Source: Octopus sinensis (Eukaryota). Taken from it: a stretch of DNA of 64,000 bases. The DNA is taken from contig NC_043010.1 of the NCBI RefSeq assembly GCF_006345805.1, positions 32,736,001 through 32,800,000 on the forward strand. The letters are read 5' to 3'. Made by a program: the position numbers and the translations under genes. Shown in pieces: positions 1 through 12,532 of the stretch; positions within the stretch are counted from its first letter, which is position 1, and each line of letters begins with the position of its first letter. The notes beneath the pieces were generated by a model. It was not told where the DNA came from and did no database searches. It saw only the letters and a list, made by a program, of their open reading frames with translations.

Positions 1-85
1 TACATATATACACATATACACATATACACATATACATATACACATATACACATATACATACATACATACATATATATATATATAT

Positions 86-248
86 GACGGGCTTCTTTCA
101 GTTTCCGTCTACCAAATTCACTCACAAGGCTTTGATCGACCCGTGACTATAGTAGAAGACACTTGCCCAAGGAGCCACGCAGTAGGACTGAACCCGGAAC
201 CATGGGGTTCGTAAGCAAGCTACTTACCACACAGCCACTCCTACACCT
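86..248 (-). mobile_element. tRNA-derived SINE family A, 5' head/body
   Basis: Reverse complement reads gtaggagtggctgtgtggtaagtagc...ggttcagtcc...gcaagtgtcttctactatag...gacggaaactgaaagaagcccgtc; the same sequence recurs at 12533, 23745, 31405 and 49400. Confidence 0.8.
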
Positions 249-331
249 ATAGTTCCTATAAGTAATTTTTACCAATCTATAAAATTCGGCCTTTAACTGT
301 CTTCTTAAATTTCATTTCCACATGTATATAT

Positions 332-389
<58 letters not shown>

Positions 390-599
390 TATGTGTGTGT
401 GTGTGTGGTGTGTGTGTGTGTGTGTGTGTGTATACAGATATATATGTATATACGTGATGATTGCCACTTCTTTATAGAAGAAGGCCATCTCTTCAATTAA
501 TAAATGAGATCTTACACGACTAGCAAGTCCTGCTCTTGACAAACTCTACTGCAGATCTTATAAATATCTTTAGGCAGCAAAGTGTCTGGGATTATAGTT

Positions 600-829
600 A
601 AATTCTGTCTACATAGTGCTCGTTTCAAGATAGATTGTTCAATTCTTCGAGCTTAAAATGCTTTAAATCTATTGTAAATCATTTGTTTCCAAACCGATCG
701 ATCTTGCATCATCTGCTCCCAGTCTTCAACTTTTACATTATGAGCCTTAAGGTTGCTTTTGACAGCATCCCTAACACGTTTCTTAAGTTTATGTCTCGGA
801 CTTTTGCCACGCTGCAACTCCCCATAAAA
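600..829 (-). mobile_element. RTE-clade LINE 3' fragment
   Basis: ORF 653-844 (-): FYGELQRGK...KRVRDAVKSNLKAHNVKVEDWEQMMQDRSVWK, typical of the RTE C-terminus; homologous to the 53570-53710 region. Confidence 0.75.
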
Positions 830-1130
830 ATCCGAGAGTGGCAATTACAGAGGTATAAGCCTGCTTGAAATAGTCGGTAAGGTTTTTGCAAAACTTTTAT
901 TTAATCGGCTAACAATATGGATATGCCCCTCTGTCATCCCGGAGAGTCAGTGTGGTTTTAGACCAAGTCGTGGCACAATGGACATGATTTTTTCTGCTCG
1001 TCAACTCCAAGAAAAATGCATCGAACATCGCAGAGCTTTTGCCAGGTATCTGTCGATTTAACAAAAGCCTTTGACACTGTTAATAGGACCGTTCTCTGGA
1101 CCATCCTTGGTAAACCCCGGTCGAACCTTC
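830..1130 (+). mobile_element. RTE-clade LINE reverse-transcriptase fragment (inverted relative to the neighbouring fragment)
   Basis: Manual translation gives GNYRGISLLEIVGKVFAKLL...PESQCGFRPSRGTMDMIFSARQLQEKCIE, an RT N-terminal block. Confidence 0.8.
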
Positions 1131-1449
1131 CAACCCATGCTTGCATGGAAAACGGACGTTAAACGATGAAGATGATGATTCATACATACATACATAAATA
1201 CATATATATATACATACACACACACACACCCACACATATATATATATGTATATATACACAAATATATACACACATACATATATATACTAGCTTAAAAGCC
1301 CCCCAATAGGGTGGATTTTAAGCCAGCTCCCGTGGAAGGCTCTTCATAAGACTTTGGGCCCAACAGTGACACTTCATGCGTTCTTCAACACACGTACTCA
1401 CATAAAACAGACGATGTTACACGAATATAAATACAAAAATACAATAAAA

Positions 1450-1480
<31 letters not shown>

Positions 1481-1529
1481 CATATATGTGTGTGTGTGTA
1501 TATACATGTATATGTGTGTGTGTGTATGT

Positions 1530-1740
1530 GCTTGTGTCTGTATTTGTACCCCCACCATCGCTTGACAATCGATGTTGCTGTGTTTACGTCCCTGTAACTT
1601 AGCGGTTCATCATAAAAGACACCAATAGAATAAGTTTTAGGCTTACAAAGAATGAATCTTGGGGTCGATTTGTTCAACTAAAGGTGATGCTCCAGCATGG
1701 CCGCAGTCACATGACTGTAACAAGTAAAACAATAAAAAAA
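1530..1740 (+). mobile_element. SINE family A 3' part
   Basis: catcgcttgacaatcgatg...gtaacttagcggttc...ggggtcgatttgttcaactaaagg...ccagcatggccgcagtc; matches the tails at 12740, 25190, 34440 and 49600. Confidence 0.75.
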
Positions 1741-1755
1741 ACTATGCCATTTTAA

Positions 1756-2080
1756 TCCTGAGCAACACCGGGTATATCTGCTAGTCTAATCTATAAAATG
1801 AAGAAGGCGAACGTTGATACAAATTGAATTTTTATGTAAAAAGGGGTCTAAATGGGGCTGGAAGGCGATTAAAATTTACAGGAGGGGTAACTTGAGGTGA
1901 GAAATTGATTGGGAGACGTTTTGGGGCGCTATAGTGGTTGCTTTGCTGTGAAAACGGGGGTTTTATTGATTTTTGGGGGTCTAGATTGGACACCTTTTTC
2001 CCGATTTCAATCAAATTTTCAATATAGTAATCTAATCTATAAAATGACGAAGGCGAACGGTGATACAAATTGGATTTTTA
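1756..2080 (+). mobile_element. Possible Helitron-like termini in tandem
   Basis: gagcaacaccgggtatatctgCTAG (1781-1784) is directly followed by TCtaatctataaaatg. The ~50-nt start motif recurs at about 2030. Confidence 0.35.
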
Positions 2081-3429
2081 AGGAAGCTCGAAGTAAATGG
2101 AAAAACTATGAAATTTTGCCAACTTTACGTAGCAAAACTCGCGTTTGCCAAACTGACTTCAGTAATAAAATCCATTGCAATCTTTCTGTGTCAAATTTTA
2201 GAATTAGTTTTTTTTATTTTTTTTTTTTATTCAAGATGTCTCTTATGATAAGGTGTCAGTTAACTGGTAGAGGTACCGAATCAACATATGATTGGTTCAA
2301 CATGTGCTGTAAAATCTGTTCGCAAATTGTTTCTGTTAACAATTGTAGAGAAATAGTAGGATCTGAAGAAGCCGCCAATACAACAGAGGCAGAATACAGC
2401 AAAGAGACCATGTCCCTGATTCAATTGATAGCGAAGTTGAAGTAGAAAATAACAGAAACCATGGAAGACGCATTGATAGATCTTGTGTCTTCGAATTGAA
2501 GAAAGGTGCAAATTGCTGCTATTTTTATGTAGAAAAAAGAAATCATGAAATACTTGAACCTATAATTCGAAGAAAAGTAGCAGAAAATTCGGTTATTCAT
2601 TTTCACGAATGGCCAACCTAAATCGTCCACATTTCCACTATTCTACTGTCAACCACCAAAGACATTATACTGATTCAAACACTGGACACCAATATTCAAG
2701 CAATTGAAAGAACCTGATTGGATTTGAAAATTCGTCTTTTGAAAGCGATGAGAGGAGTGAACCAAAGAACCTTCCAATTCACCTTAATAAATGCGTAGAT
2801 CACACACCAAAGTAAATTTGTTCAGGTAGGTCACACGCCAAAGTAGCACTAGCTCAAAATAAGCTAAAAATTAACCTAAAGTAATCGCTTTTTGAGTTGT
2901 GGATCACACCGAAATTTACCTTTAACAGATATTCTTATTTTGCAATACAGAAAAATAAATTTTAAATAAAAGCGAACTAAGAGTTATCTCCCTTTACAAT
3001 TACTTCCCTTACCAATAAAATTGGTGAATTGAAACATTTTGGTTTTGCTGGTACAGCTGCCGTTGTTGAGTTTTAACCTAAGTTCAACTATAATGGAATA
3101 TGCACTTATAATCTGAAGTATTCAACCTGTAACGATCCAGTTTTTTTTATTAATGAATTTATTATCTACTATGTAATGTTTTCTAATTTAAGACGACATG
3201 GTTCTGTTTGTTTAAGGCAGTAGAGGTGATTTGAGGAAGATCAACTTGGAACATCAGTAGAATCTATCAAAGAAGAGATATAAAGAAGATAGTCTTGAGA
3301 TCAGTGTAGACAGCCTTTGAATGTTGTATAGATCTTTCTGACGTCACTGGCTAAACAGCAGCAGCAAACATGAATACATAAATTATTGCTGAAAAGCAAA
3401 GAGAACAAAGTTGGCAGAGAGATCCTCGG

Positions 3430-3840
3430 GGAAGTACTAGTTTGCTGATGACCTCTCGTACAACCTCAAAATTGCTGAACTAACATACCTTAAAGAAAAC
3501 CTGGATATGAAATGCTCAATTTACCCCACCACCAAAATACTATGCATGCGTATGCTTCCCGAAGACTTAAAAGTGGATACGTGACTGCTACATCACACTT
3601 CGAAGGTTATGCTTTTGAAATCAGAGTGCGAGAGATTGCTACAAAATACCTGAAAAGCAAAAGAGACAGAAAAGCCTTTGGAGCTCCAAGATACAACCAA
3701 CCATACCGATTATGTCGAATCTTCGTGGAAAACATCATACGAAATATACAGCTCCCTAAAAATATCACCATAATATTATCTCCCGATATAACGTGACATT
3801 GTTGCTAAAACAAAACACAAAGTCATCCCCAAATTTCTAT
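3430..3840 (+). mobile_element. Degenerate RLE-clade (R4/Dong/NeSL-like) LINE fragment
   Basis: FADD-like codons at ~3442. ORF 3512-3796 has HFEGYAFEIRVREIATKYL...YRLCRIFVENI, resembling the pre-endonuclease zinc-knuckle region. Confidence 0.5.
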
Positions 3841-4062
3841 TTTTATCTTGGGACAAATATAGAGAATCCTTTTATTGAATAAAATCACCGCCAGGAATAT
3901 TGGTGGAACATTCTTGTCGAAGCTTTTACCAAATGCAAACAAACCAGGCTGGATACACGCATTTGGAACAGGCAAGAAAAGGAATGTGCCGTTATAAAGC
4001 TCTGCAAGATTAGATTAGTCCTAAGGGTATCATGCGTGCAGAGCGTCACACGTACATTTAAG

Positions 4063-5344
4063 TATTGGATTGGCAACTAAGTACTCGCCGTTTTTTTTTT
4101 TTAATTTTGGAATTTATTGCGCTTTTAAATTTTGGAATCTACTTTTTTTTTTTCGAGAATTCTATTTTTGAATCATTTTGGAATCTATTTTGTTTCTTTT
4201 TTCTAGTTAATTTAATTTAATTTTTGTTTATTTTCAGATCATTAAAATGGAATGACAAGTTAAGAAAAACGAGCATTTTCGATACCTTTTTGCTTTTAAT
4301 CAAGGTTCTAAGGCCGCAAAAGCTGCTCGCGACATTTGTGTTGAGTATGGAGAGGGTGCTATAGCTGAAAGAACCGCTCGTGATTGGTATGCCAAGTTCA
4401 AAAATGGAAATTTTGACCTCAAAGACGCATCTCGTTCAGGCCGTCCAGTTGAGTTCGATGAAGAGCGATTAAACCAACTTTTGCACGAAAAGCAACAAGG
4501 GAACTGGCAAAGAAAATGGAATGCTCTTACACTGTTATAGAGAAGCATCTTCATTCGATGGGAAAGGTTCAGAAGTATGGAGCATGGGTTCGGCATGCTT
4601 TAAGTGACAACAACAAAAATCAACGCACCAAAATCTCCGCTGGTTTGCTTGCTCGTTACCGCTCAACTCATGGACACAAGCAGCGATTTCTTTACCGAAT
4701 CGTTACTGGCGACGAAAAATGGTGCCTGTACATCAATATGAAGCAGCGTAAGGAATGGCTTAGCCCCGGTAAACAAGCGACACCGCGCGTGAAACAAGAT
4801 CTTCATCCGCGTAAGACGATGTTGTGCGTATGGTGGGACTGGGAAGGGATTATCCATTACGAATTGCTTGAAGGGAACTAAACGGTCAACGCGGAACCCT
4901 ATGTTCAACAGATGGAACGGCTCAACACGGCTATTCAAGAGAAAAGACCTAATCGGCAGCATGGAGTTCTTCTGCTGCACAACAACGCCTGCCCTCATAT
5001 CGCCAATATGACCAAGGAAGCCATTCAGACGCATGGCTGGGAAGTGCTGCCGCACCCGCCGTACTCTCCTGATTTGGCACCAACCACCTCTTTCGATCTC
5101 TTTTAAATACTATGCGCGGAGCTGCGTTCAATACTGATGCAGAATTGAGAGCTTGGTTGGATCATTTTTCGAGTTGAAATCGGGGGATTCCTACTAACGA
5201 AGTATTGGAAATCTTGTTGAACGTTGGGAAGAAGTTGTAAACAAGGGTGAATACATTATTGATTAATTAGTTGTTATTTTTTATTAAACCTTTTAAAAAA
5301 TTTAAATTTTCAAAAACGGCGGGAACTTAGTTGGCAACCCAATA
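4063..5344 (+). mobile_element. Full-length, inactivated mariner (Tc1/mariner DD34D) transposon
   Basis: TA-flanked TIRs ttggattggcaactaagt / acttagttggcaacccaa. Transposase pieces WVRHAL, IVTGDEKWCLY, MLCVWWD, LHNNACPH, HPPYSPDLAP are split by stops and frameshifts. Confidence 0.93.
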
Positions 5345-6446
5345 TTTTCGAAATTAGCGAATATGGGTGCCATACTTGAACTTTGATGGTGGAAATTAAT
5401 TTTGGTGTCGTATCCGTTGTAAACTTATCCTCTAATATTAAATATAATAAGACATGGAATATTGTGTTATATGGTGAATTAAATTGCATTGCATATGTTA
5501 TAAGCTATGTGTTATGGTATGTGGTGTGCTATATGTAATTACTATCCCATGATAACTCCTGTCTAGTTAGTGTGACTTCATCATAATTTTGGTGATTAAA
5601 CTATTTTTTCCTTTCTAAGATGTTCTGCCCTACTGTTCATATAATGTATATTTGTAATGGCTTTTATGTAAGTAACCTAATTATATATCCCATATAAACT
5701 ATAAAATCATACATATAACAACACCTGTAACATTGCAACTTATAAAATCTCTTCGGTCTGAATACCTCTAACTGCCCTCACTACACCCATACCTTCTACC
5801 TCTTCTTTTCGGGTTACCGTTATCTCTTCGCTACCTCAGTTTTAATACACTGTCTCTTTAAATGTTGGTCATATATATTTCTTATTATTTTCTATAAATT
5901 CTTATTTTGTTTTTTTTCTTTTTACTTTGGTGTCCTTACCTATTAACCTCTTATCCCTTATAAGTTGTTACTGTTCTTAAATAGAGATTTTTCAGCTACT
6001 TAGGTCTATGCGAGATGGTTATACAATATCCATTTAAACGTATAAATATTTGTATATGTGTATATATACCTATTAACCTCTTATCCCTTTATAAATTCTG
6101 TTGTGTCTGGGGGGAGTAATTTTCTTTTTGTGCCTTATAATGTAACACACACACCGGTAAAATTTCCACTTATTTATTATTTTTATTTTCCTAAAATTTT
6201 CGTTGCGTCTTGCAACCTTTTCAGTAGTCTTGACTCTGTTCGTTCTTGACTCTGTCCTTTATAAATTGTTATTTTTCTTGTTCGTAAATAGATACTTTTT
6301 AGTTACTTAAGTCTATGCAAGATTGGTTATACTATAGCCATATAAACGTATTAATATTTGTGTATGTGTGCATATGTGCACATAGATAAATATGTGTGTG
6401 TATCTGTATACATCTTTATTTTTTCTGATTTTTGGCTAATAATTAA

Positions 6447-6925
6447 TATTGGGTTGTCCGGAAAGTTCGTGCCGATTTATAGTAGCTTACCTTTCGACTT
6501 ATTTTAGAACATGTTTGAGTCCATAAAATAGGATTTGACTACACCTCCACTTAAAGCACGGTTTAAGCTATCTTTTCGTGGAAGAAGGTTTATGTTCCTA
6601 TAACCTGTGTTAATTCTGTAACCCTTTAAAATGGAAGATAAAAAAGCTCATTTTCGGCACTTGGTGCTTTTCTTTTTCCGTAAAGGGAAAAATGCCTCAC
6701 AAGCAACCAAAGAAATATGCACAGTTTACAGTGATGTTTCTTTATCCGAAAGAACTGTGCGGAAGTGGTTTGCATGGTTCCGAGCTGGCGATTGTAGCCT
6801 TATTGATGAAGAGCGATCAGGCAGACCATCCACTACAGATGATGACCAAATCAAGTCATTAATTGAGAATAACCCACATTGCCCAATCCGAGAATTGTCA
6901 GAAAGCCTCAACCTATCAACATCAA
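6447..6925 (+). mobile_element. Mariner 5' half (left TIR + HTH domain)
   Basis: TA + ttgggttgtccggaaagttcgtgccgattt TIR. ORF 6631: MEDKKAHFRHLVLFFFRKGKNASQ...RTVRKWF..FRAGD..L.DEERSGRP. Confidence 0.88.
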
Positions 6926-7759
6926 ATGGGAGCCACTGTTGGACCCCCGGAAAGTATTGTTTCCTCCACGGCACATAAAACTGGTCTTATGACACAGTTT
7001 GTTTCGGCTCTAGATCAGGAGTCTAGATCAGATATCTTAAAGACTTTTCCCCTAAGCTGTCTGAGGCAAAAATGAAAGCCGGTGTCTTCGATGGACCACA
7101 AATAAAGAAGATCTTAGAGTGTAAGAGATTCTCCAAGAAGCTCACTGAGATGGAGGAATCAGCGTGAAACAGCTTTGTTGCAGTGGTTCGAGGGTTCGTA
7201 GGAAATCACAAAGCCGTAAACTATGTAGAGCTTGTTGAGACGCTGGTGAAAAACTACGGCAAAATGGGCTACAGAATGTCCCTCAAAGTTCACATCCTTG
7301 ACGCTCATCTTGATAAATTTAAGGAGAACATGGGAGCGTACATGGAGGAACAAGGCGAGCGATTGCATCAAGATATAATGGACTTTGAACGCCGTTACCA
7401 AGGATCGTATAATGAAAACATGATGGGAGACTATATTTGTTGCTTATTCGTGAAAGTAAATTACAGAATAAGCGTAAATCGCGAAAAACTACTCGCTTCT
7501 TAACATTTTGTGGTATCTTTTCTGCAATCCTAGAATAATTAAATACCACTTTTGAATTACATGTTGTTTTGATCCTACTTTGAATGAATGGGAATGTTCA
7601 CATTTGCCGGTTTTCCCAATGGTATTAGTTAAACTCAAGGAATATCTTTATCTTGGTTACAAAAACAAAGTTTGAAGTAAGTAATAGCCATTATTCATAC
7701 TTTCTAGACCTAACCAAATAGGATTTGTTTCCGGAAGACAAAATTTGTGTTAAATAGTG
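6926..7759 (+). mobile_element. DNA transposon 3' part, probably CMC/Chapaev-type
   Basis: Translation EPLLDPRKVLFPPRHIKLGLM...KAGVFDGPQI...MSLKVHILDAHLDKF.ENMGA..EEQGERLHQDI..FERRYQG; ends in GTG at ~7759. The superfamily assignment is from recalled motif similarity only. Confidence 0.6.
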
Positions 7760-7916
7760 TACTCTGAGTCCAAATGAGATAGGTTTCTGTAAGAAGAGAT
7801 AAGTTTCTGTAAGAACTTCAAGTCGCATGGTGCCGAATCAAACTGTTTTAAATAATTTATATAACTCTTACTAAATCTGTTGAGTACCTGTTTCTTTCGT
7901 GTGTCCACTAACTCGA

Positions 7917-7947
<31 letters not shown>

Positions 7948-7950
7948 TAT

Positions 7951-7998
<48 letters not shown>

Positions 7999-8574
7999 TA
8001 ATGAATACATATTAAAGCAATAGATTGGCGGAACAGTAAGAACGCCAGGCAAATACTTGGCAGAACCTGATTGAGGATATCTGCAAACTACAAAATTAGT
8101 GAATGGCTGGAAGTTTAGCTGTGGCATGTGTCTTGCTGTACTAAATGTGTTTGTCTAGTTGTAATGGATGTTCATCAAGCTGCTATAATGGATGGGTCTT
8201 GTTGTATAGGAGTTGAATCGAGGTGTAGTGTATGGGTTGTTGCAGTTATTAAACAGGAATTTGGATCCTCGCATATCCGGATTATATTATAATTAGATAG
8301 TTTTCTTTCTCAACAAAATTAGAACAAAGCGCTATGTGTGTTCGGTGGGAAAGAGTTTAATTATTTGTGTAAGTATGCATGTACGCTTAGGATGGTTTCA
8401 GTTAATTTTATATTGCGGATGTGAAGGAGTGATTAGTGACCTAGATTAATTCATGATGATCCTTGTTTCTATATTATCTTTTTACATTATTGTATATATA
8501 TGTGTGTATGTATTTTTTCTATATATTATTACTGTTTGATTGTGTGTATGTATGTGTGTGTGAGAGAGAGAGAG

Positions 8575-8656
<82 letters not shown>

Positions 8657-9539
8657 TGTGTGCATAAGATTGTGGCGAGTCTCATCGTCTCATCTAACAT
8701 CAATCCAATGAAAACGCACAGAATGTCAACAATTATGTTGAAATTGAAAACTACACTTTGGTTACATATATTCACATTCGGTGAAATCATTCCACTAAGT
8801 TTCTGAACAGTAATCTATTTTGTTCAGGCCGACTGTTAGGTATATGAACCCGCTCAGTGTAGTTCAGTCTCAGATCACACTCCACCAATCAGTTCACCTA
8901 ACTGTCTGTAATAGACAGTAGATCAATGTGGTTCAGACTTAGACCACAGTCCATCAACCTGTCCCCCTAACTGTCAGATCAATGTGGTTTATTTTAAGAC
9001 TATAGTCTACCAATCAGTAGTCAGTAATACGTATCCGGTCAATGTGGTTCGGTAATACGTATCCGGTCAATGTGGTTCGGTTTCAGACCACAGCCATCAC
9101 TCAGTCTACTGCGGTATCAGTAATAGTTACCAGAACAATGTAATTTATTTTCTGACTGTAGTTATCCAGTCAGACTCCAGGCATTCCTTGTTTCTATACT
9201 TGTTAAGAATAACTTTTGGTGGACACATCAGAACTAGGTCTCTTTCAACAACACCAGTACTCAATCACTACATATATCACAGAAGTAATAGTAATGTATT
9301 AATACTTCACCATCTTTTAAGAATATTATTAATTACATCACTATCACTCTCACTGTCTCAACAAATGTTAGACTCTGTCACACTCTGGTGTGGCCTCGAA
9401 TGATGACACAGCTGGTATAACATCATAACTAAAACTGCATTACAGGCATTATGATTCCGCATAAACAAGTAAACATACTACAATTCTGATCTATTGCTGA
9501 TTCAACAAAACTCAAATAAATACCTCACTGAATTATCTT

Positions 9540-9720
9540 GTACTTGTTCCAGTCTTTAGACTGTGCCCATGCCAGGATATGCCTTGAAGGGTTTTAGTCG
9601 AACAAATGTACCCCAGTACTTGCTTTCTTTTTAAGTCTGACAATTAAAGTAGCGGTTACTTTTGACGAACTGGCAAGTCACTGGGACGTAAACAAACCAA
9701 CACTGATTGTCGAGTGGAAC
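9540..9720 (-). mobile_element. SINE family A 3' part (diverged)
   Basis: Reverse complement matches the tail motif (gtttacgtccc..gtgactt..cagttcgtcaaaag...ggggtacatttgttcgactaaaacc...). Confidence 0.6.
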
Positions 9721-9923
9721 ATCAAACGCAAACACAAGGACACACACATACATAATGTTCATAAGCATAAATGAATACATACTGTTCTGTTTTTACCATT
9801 TTGATTTTGATTTTATCTTGAATCCGTAAAACGAACGAAAGCGCTAATAAAGAATTATCCAAAATTCTGACTGCCTCCTTTTTCTCAATAAACAATATTG
9901 AGAAAACCACTTCAAACTCTCTT

Positions 9924-10009
<86 letters not shown>

Positions 10010-10010
<1 letters not shown>

Positions 10011-10636
10011 CTCTGCATCAAAATTCAAAATCACCGGTGATCTGGCTATGTCCACTGGGAGCTTGACTTCCCTTGTCAGTCGTTAAAATACTGCTTCTAT
10101 AGCTCTTGAGTTATTTTGACTCTTATTTCTAGCAATGCTGGTATTACTTAGTAGCCTCTGTCACGTTAGTGACGTCTGTAAATTTGCCACCCTAGTTTTT
10201 TACTTTTACCGTTTTTGAAATCAGCGTATAAGTTCAACGGTTTTCTTATAAGCTGACAGGGTGAGGTGGGTTTAACCCTAGGCACGGTAAGAGCCACCTA
10301 TGAGAATTAAGATGCTCTGCATCACACTTCGAAATCACCGGTGATCTGGCTATGTCCTCTAGGGAGCTTGTCTCCCTTGGCAGTCATTAGATAGTGCTTC
10401 TGTGGCTATTGAGTTGTTTTGACTCTTATTTCTAACAATGATGGTACTACTTAGTACCCTCTGTCACGTTAGTGAGGTCTGTAAATTGCTTTTAAGTATT
10501 TAAATTGCTAATAAGCCACCCATATTATGTATATATATATATATATGAATAAAAAATGGAGTTAACGCAGGCGTAATCAAATATTTTTACTTTCGACACA
10601 TGTTTCGAAAATTCCACTCATCTATTTATATATATA

Positions 10637-10678
<42 letters not shown>

Positions 10679-11285
10679 TCTGCATCAAAATTCAAAATCA
10701 CCGGTGATCTGGCTATGTCCACTGGGAGCTTGACTTCCCTTGTCAGTCGTTAAAATACTGCTTCTATAGCTCTTGAGTTATTTTGACTCTTATTTCTAGC
10801 AATGCTGGTATTACTTAGTAGCCTCTGTCACGTTAGTGACGTCTGTAAATTTGCCACCCTAGTTTTTACTTTTACCGTTTTTGAAATCAGCGTATAAGTT
10901 CAACGGTTTTCTTATAAGCTGACAGGGTGAGGTGGGTTTAACCCTAGGCACGGTAAGAGCCACCTATGAGAATTAAGATGCTCTGCATCACACTTCGAAA
11001 TCACCGGTGATCTGGCTATGTCCTCTAGGGAGCTTGTCTCCCTTGGCAGTCATTAAGATAGTGCTTCTGTGGCTATTGAGTTGTTTTGACTCTTATTTCT
11101 AACAATGATGGTACTACTTAGTACCCTCTGTCACGTTAGTGAGGTCTGTAAATTTGCTTTTAAGTATTTAAATTGCTAATAAGCCACCCATATTATGTAT
11201 ATATATATATATGAATAAAAAATGGAGTTAACGCAGGCGTAATCAAATATTTTTACTTTCGACACATGTTTCGAAAATTCCACTC

Positions 11286-11293
<8 letters not shown>
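10010..11293. repeat. Tandem duplication (period 667 nt) of a two-subunit repeat bounded by (TA)n
   Basis: 10010-10628 and 10677-11293 are near identical. Each holds two diverged ~300-nt subunits starting gctctgcatca...tcaccggtgatctggctatgtcc. A related reverse copy lies at ~58900-59097. Confidence 0.9.
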
Positions 11294-11325
<32 letters not shown>

Positions 11326-11355
11326 TATATAATAATATATATATATATATATATA

Positions 11356-11581
11356 TAGAATGGTTGTATACTGTCAATCTAACATGAACGTGACAGTAGG
11401 GGGGGGGGTACACCACCGCTGTTTAGCCGTAGGAAGCATCGACGCCTCCTGATGGCTTTGACAAATTTTTCCGGTGTCCTTATATACATCAGGAGGCGTC
11501 AATGCTTCCTAGGGCTAAACAGCGGTGGTGTACCCCGCTACTGTCACGTTCATGTTAGATTGACAGTATACAACCATTCTA
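11356..11581. mobile_element. Foldback MITE-like element
   Basis: ~95-99-nt near-perfect inverted arms (tagaatggttgtatactgtcaatc... / ...gattgacagtatacaaccattcta), ~32-nt spacer, TA at both ends. Confidence 0.85.
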
Positions 11582-11852
11582 TCGCCCCACCACCGTACAT
11601 ATCTCTACGAGAGATTTAGAAATTTTATATATATATATATATATAAAAATCTTTGAATTGTACAACAATGCACTATAACACAAACAATGGGTTATATACC
11701 TGTTGTAATTTAGTCATCCATAGTCTGATAATATTTCGGAATAAAATTCCTTCTTCGGATATTCTTAGATATTCTTTACAAACAATACACAAATCTTCAA
11801 GCGAACTACAATACTCTCCTATATATATATATTATATTATATATAATATATA

Positions 11853-11883
<31 letters not shown>

Positions 11884-11909
11884 TATATACCCCACGCACG
11901 CACACACAA

Positions 11910-12124
11910 ACAGTTGCAGCGCGGAAGGTATTTATGAGCCATTTAAAAACACACAAAACCGTTAGATTCACTTCAACACTTAATTTAATTTGCCAAAATA
12001 GTTTCGTCGTTTTGAGACCGTGACCTGTTCACTAACAAAATTCCATGAATTTAATGTTGAAGTGAATCTAACGGTTTTTGTGTGTTTTTAAATGGCTTAT
12101 AAACACCTTCCATGCTGCAATTGT
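11910..12124. repeat. Inverted-repeat element (~70-nt arms)
   Basis: acagttgcagcgcggaaggtatttatgagccatttaaaaacacacaaaaccgttagattcacttcaaca is mirrored at 12055-12124. Confidence 0.8.
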
Positions 12125-12197
12125 CTTTGTTTCAGCCCGATCTCATATCAGGTCACTTGCTATGGCAAGACATCGCTGTATATGTATGTGTGTGTTG

Positions 12198-12282
<85 letters not shown>

Positions 12283-12532
12283 ATTATATATATAATATAT
12301 ATATATATATGTGTGTGGTGTGTTGTGTGGATAATATATATATATATATATATTATTATATATATATATATATAAATTCAGCAAAACAATTTAGATTCAA
12401 AAAATATGGTACTTAACTTAGATGCACCAGAATTTTTTATGGTATTAACCATAAAATTATATGGGGTGATTATAACCAAGAAAAAAAATATATATATATA
12501 CATACATACATACACACACACATACATATATA

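Noticed and set aside
10010-11293. CRISPR-like or prokaryotic system in the regularly spaced repeats
   Set aside because: There are no short repeats with unique spacers, no cas-like ORFs and no operon structure. The whole window is eukaryotic in character.
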